NCBI GenBank assembly: GCA_039809905.1 | Contig: JBDHVY010000001.1 | Location: forward strand, 270,001-302,000 | Direction of reading: 5' to 3' | DNA: 32,000 bases | DNA from: Candidatus Babelota bacterium | Lineage (GTDB): Bacteria > Babelota > Babeliae > Babelales > Vermiphilaceae | Shown here: piece after piece, positions 25,619-32,000 of the stretch | Layout: each line of letters opens with the position of its first letter | Position numbering within the stretch: the first letter of the stretch is position 1 | Translations under genes and position numbers: made by a program | The notes under the pieces: model-generated | Told to the model about the DNA's origin: nothing | The model's database searches: none | What the model saw: the letters and a program-made list of their open reading frames with translations, nothing else

Positions 25619-26539
25619 TCATTCTTTTTGTTGTTTATATCGACGAGCAAGAATATTTCTTATAGTTTGTGTCAAATCGTTAAAAGATTTAGGATCTAGT
25701 CCGGCATCTGGATATTCTTGAAAAATTTTATAATTATCAGAAAGCCATACTTTATCAATGTCATATGACTTACATTTAGAAAATGGAGAAAATGGATAGT
25801 TATCAAAATTCCTTACCGTAGCATCATGAGAATCTAAAATATTTTTAAGCAACACAGGAAATTTTAAAAATTCTACTAACTGTATTCGCAACGGCTCAAT
25901 ATTTTGTCGAAAAGACAATAATTCACATGGCAATTGCTCGCTTATAGTAGATTCAACAACTCCTTTCCATATTGCGGAATCTAGCCTAAAACCAGGATCA
26001 CGATAGACATTTTTTACAAATCCATGAAAACAAAGTTCATTATTTTTGTTAAAAAACGGTGATGGATTGTGTGATAATTTTGCTTGAAAGTTATTCCAAA
26101 AAATTATTTTAGGTATAATCGGCTGGTTACCATCTGATATGCATGAAAACATTCGTAATCTGTTTGAAACTTCGCTATTATCTATTTCTTCAGAAAGAAT
26201 ATCAACTGCTCCAAATGCCCGCCAACTTCTATGATACACAAACTGCGCATTATCTTGAAAATCAATACCCTGTTTAGTAATAACATTCGATATGCTTGCT
26301 TTTCGCTTACCTTGAATTTCATATATTAATACACAATTATTACGACTAGTTTGCGCAAAAGAATGCTCATCATCATATGGTAATATATCTCGCGCATGGG
26401 TAAAAAATAGATTCCACACAACAGCTTGTGGTTGAAGCATTATCTGCTGATCCATTGCTTGCGCTGCATAAGATAACAAAACTGATAAACATAAAATTGA
26501 TTGCATAAAAAAATTTTCATTAAGTTTTTTGAATCCCAT
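25619..26539 (-). CDS. secreted hypothetical protein
   Basis: 306 aa with a signal-like segment MQSILCLSVLLSYAAQA. SD GAGG is 7 nt upstream of ATG 26539. No recognised domain. Confidence 0.55.
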   Translation of the reverse strand: MGFKKLNENFFMQSILCLSVLLSYAAQAMDQQIMLQPQAVVWNLFFTHARDILPYDDEHSFAQTSRNNCVLIYEIQGKRKASISNVITKQGIDFQDNAQFVYHRSWRAFGAVDILSEEIDNSEVSNRLRMFSCISDGNQPIIPKIIFWNNFQAKLSHNPSPFFNKNNELCFHGFVKNVYRDPGFRLDSAIWKGVVESTISEQLPCELLSFRQNIEPLRIQLVEFLKFPVLLKNILDSHDATVRNFDNYPFSPFSKCKSYDIDKVWLSDNYKIFQEYPDAGLDPKSFNDLTQTIRNILARRYKQQKE

Positions 26540-26690
26540 GCTCTATGCCTCTACAAATATTTTTTAATAAAATTGTCAATGATTATACCAGTAGATTATG
26601 TTATAATCCAATTTCCTTATAAGCCTATCTTCAGTAAAAATGAACTTCTTCAAGTTAATGAAAAAAGTACGAATATTACAAGGATTTATC

Positions 26691-27995
26691 ATGAATAGAA
26701 ACTATGTATTTTTCACAACGAGCATATTTATTGTCAGTACAATTTTTGGAATGGATTTGCCATATCAAATAGAACGTTTTTCATATAAAGTACCATCTTT
26801 ACACGATACGATTATCGAAGCTGTTACCACTGGTTATGGAAAAACTGAAATCGAATGCAAAAAAAACAGTGCCCAACTTATTACGGCTCTACAGAAAAAG
26901 CATGAAAACTGCAGCATTTTATTAGGATATGATACGATAGAAAAATGTAAAAATAGATACATCGGTTTATACGGTTGGCGTGCTTCTAATCTCAGCTCAA
27001 CAAACTCTCATCCTTTGAATTTGAGTCAATTATTGCCTTATGATCGAGACAAAGATCTTTATATAATAAACGATGGCAAAGAAATCTACCTTTTTGATAT
27101 GAAAGAACATAAAAAAGAAAGAATAATTGCTCAACCTAAAAATTCCATTCAAACGTGTACTACTGCTCGCCAAGGCCAAATCATTATTCTTGCTACGTGG
27201 TCCGATAGCCCAATTAGTTTATGGAACACAAAAACCAATAAGCTCATCTATTCTCAACCAAATGTTTCTGTCTTAGATTTAGCATCAGACGATAATGTTT
27301 TCGCATCTTCAGATGTCAATGAAAATGTTAAAATATGGGATATTTCATCAGGAAAATGCTTAAACACCTATGTCCAAGATTATGATCCTATGGGAACCTT
27401 TGACTCTCTTGCTATAAACAATGGAATATTGTATGCAGGAGAAACAACACAAATGTCTTTTTTTGAACAAAGAAAATCCAAAATTGTAGTGTTTGATTCT
27501 AGGCTAGATAATGCAGCACAAACCTGGATGGCACATAAAAAAGCCATATCTTGCTTTATTTTTTCTAAAAAAAATTCATTTTTAATGTATTCTGGATCCA
27601 AGGATCACTCGATTAAACAATGGGACATAAGAAATACAAGTGTTCATACAAAAAAAATGAATTTGAAGCATGCTACTGGTTATAAAAGTCATGAAAACTT
27701 GAACGTTCACAATATCTACGAAAGCAGCAATGGAAAAAAAGTATTTGCTACTGATATGAATCGATTATTGATATGGGATATATCGCAACAGGAACCACAA
27801 TTAACAACAAAAATTTATTTACACTCTCATATTATAAAAAACTCCATGTATATGAATAAAAACGAAACAAAATTATACATAGGCACAAATGAAAACTCAG
27901 AAAAGTATTTTTTAAAAACTATTAGCCCATCTAGTTCGTTTGAGAATCTTATTGAAATGTATAATCAAGAAGACAATGTTTCTAGAGTAGAATAA
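26691..27995 (+). CDS. WD40-repeat protein with N-terminal hydrophobic anchor
   Basis: ATG 26691 is preceded by AAGGA at 6 nt. WD-type repeat ends are NVKIWDISSGK, SIKQWDIRN, ISLWNTKTN and LLIWDISQQ. Confidence 0.8.
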   Translation: MNRNYVFFTTSIFIVSTIFGMDLPYQIERFSYKVPSLHDTIIEAVTTGYGKTEIECKKNSAQLITALQKKHENCSILLGYDTIEKCKNRYIGLYGWRASNLSSTNSHPLNLSQLLPYDRDKDLYIINDGKEIYLFDMKEHKKERIIAQPKNSIQTCTTARQGQIIILATWSDSPISLWNTKTNKLIYSQPNVSVLDLASDDNVFASSDVNENVKIWDISSGKCLNTYVQDYDPMGTFDSLAINNGILYAGETTQMSFFEQRKSKIVVFDSRLDNAAQTWMAHKKAISCFIFSKKNSFLMYSGSKDHSIKQWDIRNTSVHTKKMNLKHATGYKSHENLNVHNIYESSNGKKVFATDMNRLLIWDISQQEPQLTTKIYLHSHIIKNSMYMNKNETKLYIGTNENSEKYFLKTISPSSSFENLIEMYNQEDNVSRVE

Positions 27996-28061
27996 GAAAG
28001 ATAATGGTAGTGATATTATTGCGTATTTTAATTTTGGTGAATATATTCAGAGTTTATATCA

Positions 28062-28364
28062 ATGAACATTATTGAGGAAATTGTAGTGAAAAATATATTT
28101 TTTTTGATATGCATATGCGCATCTTTAACCTCGTTTACTGCAGAAAAAAACTTGAACATTCAAGAAAAAAACCAAAAAGTGATATCACTCAAACAGCACA
28201 CACGAGAAATCTATCTACTTGAAAGTAAGCATGCTCAAGAAAAAGCCCGCTATCAAGCACAGATAGCAAGCCTACATGAAGCATTAGAACAAGCTCGAAA
28301 TCCAAGAACAATTGCAAAACTTACTTCTCCAATGATAGAATCATTTAGAGGAACATTTTATTAA
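28062..28364 (+). CDS. small membrane-anchored/secreted coiled-coil protein
   Basis: Hydrophobic N-terminus (NIFFLICICASLTSFTA) followed by a helical Q/E/A-rich segment. Confidence 0.45.
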   Translation: MNIIEEIVVKNIFFLICICASLTSFTAEKNLNIQEKNQKVISLKQHTREIYLLESKHAQEKARYQAQIASLHEALEQARNPRTIAKLTSPMIESFRGTFY

Positions 28365-28388
28365 ACGAGCAGCAGAATAATTAGAATT

Positions 28389-28952
28389 TTAATCACTATC
28401 ATCATTCATAAAAAATTGGATATTAGAAGGACTACCCAATTCAAGGCGTGCTGCCAATGGTTTATCTTTGTACATTAATTCGTCTTCATTAACCATCATT
28501 TTATCAATATTAGCTTTTTGATCTAAAATAATATCTTTACCTATAACTTTTTTATTAGGTAATGTAACTCCATCGCCAGGTGTTACATAATATCCTTTTT
28601 TGGTTGAAACAACCTGATAGGCAACATTAAATAATGTTGGATTATCTTGCAGATAGGGACCTTCCCATTTCTCTGGATGCACCAAATTCATAGGTCCAAC
28701 TTCTGAACCAGTAAATTTTTCTACATTCAAAAAATTAATAGGATTTTTTTGTGCATCAAAATCAATAATGGTACATGTTTTATGAATGCGATGGAAAATA
28801 TCACGTAAACGAATTACTTCTGATGCAATCATAAGAGCTGGATCATTTTTTGCGTGGTATAATGTATCAAAAAACGTAGTTCCAACAAAGAAAGCAATTA
28901 CTATGATAGCAACAATGGGAAGATAGTAATGAATTTTTTTACGCATGTTCAT
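28389..28952 (-). CDS. membrane-anchored hypothetical protein, weakly GspG/pseudopilin-like C-terminal domain
   Basis: N-terminal TM segment (YYLPIVAIIVIAFFVGTTFF). KWEGPYLQDNP ... GYYVTPGDG resembles the W-x-GPYL ... G-x-DG pattern of type II secretion major pseudopilins. The start may be ATG 28946 (AAGG 6 nt upstream). Confidence 0.55.
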   Translation of the reverse strand: MNMRKKIHYYLPIVAIIVIAFFVGTTFFDTLYHAKNDPALMIASEVIRLRDIFHRIHKTCTIIDFDAQKNPINFLNVEKFTGSEVGPMNLVHPEKWEGPYLQDNPTLFNVAYQVVSTKKGYYVTPGDGVTLPNKKVIGKDIILDQKANIDKMMVNEDELMYKDKPLAARLELGSPSNIQFFMNDDSD

Positions 28953-28958
28953 CCTTTT

Positions 28959-29966
<1,008 letters not shown>

Positions 29967-29992
29967 TTACTTTTCAATTTCATGTATCTGTA

Positions 29993-30715
29993 TTAACTAT
30001 TTTTTTTATGAAATCCATATAGCTGCCTAAACCCATTATTATAAAAATAACATGCTCCCCAACATGTTAACCCAACAATAATATTACCTGCTACAATAGA
30101 ACAGGGCAGTAAACAATTAGCAGAAGCAAACCACAAAGAACAGATTGTATTGCGAGGTTCATTCCAATCATAACAACACCATAATTGTCTATTATCAAGA
30201 ACTAGATCTGAGTCACTGGCAAATTTTAGCATAATACCATAATTATTTTCAGAAATTACTAATCCAGATTTTCTCCCATCATTCAAACAACAAAGGCTTG
30301 TTCTATCTTTCTGTATTCGATCTAATATGGAAAATAGTTTTTCACATTCACTATCATTAAGATTCTCAAATTGAGGCCATTCAAAAAATGAAGATCTATT
30401 GAGCTTACTCTGTTGAATCGAATGTTTATAAAGTTGTTTTTGATAAAAATATTTCAACGTACTCGAAATGCTTCTTTCTTGAACCATATTTTTAAGTTTT
30501 TGATCATTACATTCAAAAACTTCGATCATGATTTTAACCCCAAGCTCTTTAGGCAATGTAATAACCTTACGGGAAAATGATGTATTCCAATCAGCTATGT
30601 TAGGATTAGACTTTTCAGACAATATAGTCTTTTTTTTATCCAATCGCACACTTATTTCAGCAGTGTTAATAAGAAAAGAAAAGAAAAATAAAAATATATA
30701 CCTACCTATATGCAC
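29993..30715 (-). CDS. hypothetical protein with signal peptide and Cys-rich C-terminal hydrophobic tail
   Basis: MHIGRYIFLFFFSFLINTAE at the N-terminus. The C-terminus is WCCYDW...CSLWFASANCLLPCSIVAGNIIVGLTCWGACYF. Confidence 0.5.
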   Translation of the reverse strand: MHIGRYIFLFFFSFLINTAEISVRLDKKKTILSEKSNPNIADWNTSFSRKVITLPKELGVKIMIEVFECNDQKLKNMVQERSISSTLKYFYQKQLYKHSIQQSKLNRSSFFEWPQFENLNDSECEKLFSILDRIQKDRTSLCCLNDGRKSGLVISENNYGIMLKFASDSDLVLDNRQLWCCYDWNEPRNTICSLWFASANCLLPCSIVAGNIIVGLTCWGACYFYNNGFRQLYGFHKKNS

Positions 30716-30888
30716 GTTATATTTCCTTAGCTAGATTTTATTAAAAAAATCTCTTTAATCATACATTCACCTTTGAAAAACACCAAATTTCATGACTAAT
30801 ATTGCAAAAAAAGCATTAAAAGAGATACATCTTAATTGAAGCAAAATAAAAATTGAACTTAATTCAATATGCCCAAAGGAATTAACAT

Positions 30889-31659
30889 ATGTTATATGAT
30901 TTATTACTTCGTGATATTATCGAAATAACATTGTATTCATCATGCATATTCCTGTTTTGTACATGGCTAAAAACAGATAAAACAAAAAATCTTCTTGGCT
31001 ATTTTTTTGCCTATAGCGCACTCATATTGTGTGCATGGGTCATACAATTGCCCACGCTCACTCCATTTTTATTTTCGTATGCACCAATCGCACTTCTCCT
31101 TTTTATTGTATTGCACGAAAAAACACTGCAACGCAATTTAGTTGCATTACGCTCTATAACACCAGCACAACACATACCACAAGATTGGCTTGATACGCTT
31201 ATTAGTAGTTGTTTGACAACTATCAATGCAAATAAGCATATTACCATTGTGATTGAACACAATGATTCATTAGATCATTTTTTAGACGTACCTTTTATGC
31301 TTAATGCCGATATAAGTAAAAATGTTTTTGATCTTTTACTTTCGAGTGAATCATATGATGAACAAAAAATGATCTGGGTAACAAAAAAAGGACAAATACG
31401 GGGAATTAATGTTTCTTGGATTTCTCATGAAAAAACATTCGATAATACTTTGTTCTATACAATACAAAGTGATGCACTAGTACTGAGCGCACATCCAATT
31501 AATAGAATGTTTATGCTTACCTACAACGGCAAAGAAATAAAAAATATCTCTGCTCATCAGCTGCTTACTATGATCAAAAAACAACTTTCTGTATCTTCGC
31601 CAAAACACAAAGGAGCTTATCGTGAAAGCACTCCGCCTGAAAAACCTCTTTCTCTCTAA
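30889..31659 (+). CDS. CdaA-like (diadenylate cyclase fold) membrane protein with non-canonical catalytic motifs
   Basis: 3 N-terminal TM segments, then blocks colinear with CdaA: LFIVLHEKTLQRNLVAL vs IIFQPELRRALE-LG, and ITIVIEHNDSLDHFLDVPFMLNADISKNVFDLLL vs GALI-RDTGM-DYIETGIPLNAKISS-LLINIF. Followed by a YbbR-like gene. Confidence 0.55.
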   Translation: MLYDLLLRDIIEITLYSSCIFLFCTWLKTDKTKNLLGYFFAYSALILCAWVIQLPTLTPFLFSYAPIALLLFIVLHEKTLQRNLVALRSITPAQHIPQDWLDTLISSCLTTINANKHITIVIEHNDSLDHFLDVPFMLNADISKNVFDLLLSSESYDEQKMIWVTKKGQIRGINVSWISHEKTFDNTLFYTIQSDALVLSAHPINRMFMLTYNGKEIKNISAHQLLTMIKKQLSVSSPKHKGAYRESTPPEKPLSL

Positions 31660-32000
31660 TGCACCTCTTGCAATCATCAGTATTTTATTGGGATATAGTT
31701 TTTGGTATATTGCAAGTTATAATCACATAGTAAGTCTACGGATTAATATTCCTCTCTGCTTTTCTGAACCAACAAACTCATATACAGTACACGCTCCCGA
31801 AAAAATAGCTGTTACCTTAATGGGAAAACGTTCTGATTTGTATTCATTAGAGCGAGAATCACTTGCAGCGCACATTAATATAAACAAGCTTTTACCAGGA
31901 AAGCATGGTATAATCCTGACTGAACAACATTTATTTTTGCCAAAAAACATTGCATTAATCAATTATAAACCTACAAACTTATGTATCGTTATTTCTGAAA
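31622..32000 (+). CDS. YbbR/CdaR-like protein, 3'-partial, GTG start (not in the ORF track)
   Basis: AAAGGAG lies 6 nt before GTG 31622. The frame is open to the window end. Translation is VKALRLKNLFLSNAPLAIISILLGYSFWYIASYNHIVSLRINIPL...IAVTLMGKRSDLYSLERESLAAHININKLLPGKHGIILTEQHLFLPKNIALINYKPTNLCIVISE, i.e. a TM segment plus the YbbR-domain pattern. Confidence 0.6.
   Translation, partial: MKALRLKNLFLSNAPLAIISILLGYSFWYIASYNHIVSLRINIPLCFSEPTNSYTVHAPEKIAVTLMGKRSDLYSLERESLAAHININKLLPGKHGIILTEQHLFLPKNIALINYKPTNLCIVISE

Noticed and set aside
26751-26830. An LP-x-x-I stretch (DLPYQIERFSYKVPSLHDTIIEAV) ahead of the WD40 repeats, possibly an F-box, which would give a eukaryote-like F-box/WD40 architecture.
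   Set aside because: The match to the F-box consensus is limited to the LP dipeptide and a few hydrophobic positions. The characteristic distal Trp and Leu pattern is missing. It is too weak to call without a profile search.

Overview
AT-rich, gene-dense bacterial chromosomal window with about 45 protein-coding genes. I found no rRNA, tRNA or CRISPR array. Housekeeping genes recognisable by motif are inorganic pyrophosphatase, a NUDIX hydrolase, an MFS transporter, an ABC-2 exporter operon (permease-ATPase-permease), signal peptidase I, Ogt/MGMT methyltransferase and TrpRS. Also present are a MazG-like NTP pyrophosphohydrolase, an SDR, DoxX, a COG1672/DUF234-type AAA+ ATPase and a TspO / DUF2177 / PhrB-CryB-type photolyase cluster. 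Between them sit many small or enzyme-like proteins with N-terminal signal or anchor peptides, plus a WD40 protein. This suggests a host-associated or intracellular lineage; Dependentiae/TM6-like is only a guess from composition and gene content. The strongest candidate for an undescribed system is a tandemly duplicated two-gene module at 12871-15584. Each unit pairs a signal-peptide, membrane-anchored protein carrying a His-rich C-terminal domain with a cytoplasmic partner. The divergence is mosaic, and a 190-bp near-identical block closes both partner genes, which looks like a toxin-immunity-type arrangement that I cannot place in a named family. Other items are: a GC-rich MITE-like palindromic element (3697-3919); an in-frame TAA in the second ABC-2 permease; a leader-peptide/attenuator-like region upstream of the ABC operon; a four-copy TACTTGGCT motif array in front of the AAA+ ATPase; a photolyase homologue without the Fe-S cysteines; a glucokinase-fold protein with a signal peptide and degenerate ATP motif; and a CdaA-like protein lacking the DGA/RHR catalytic motifs but still followed by a GTG-started YbbR/CdaR-like gene missing from the ORF track.
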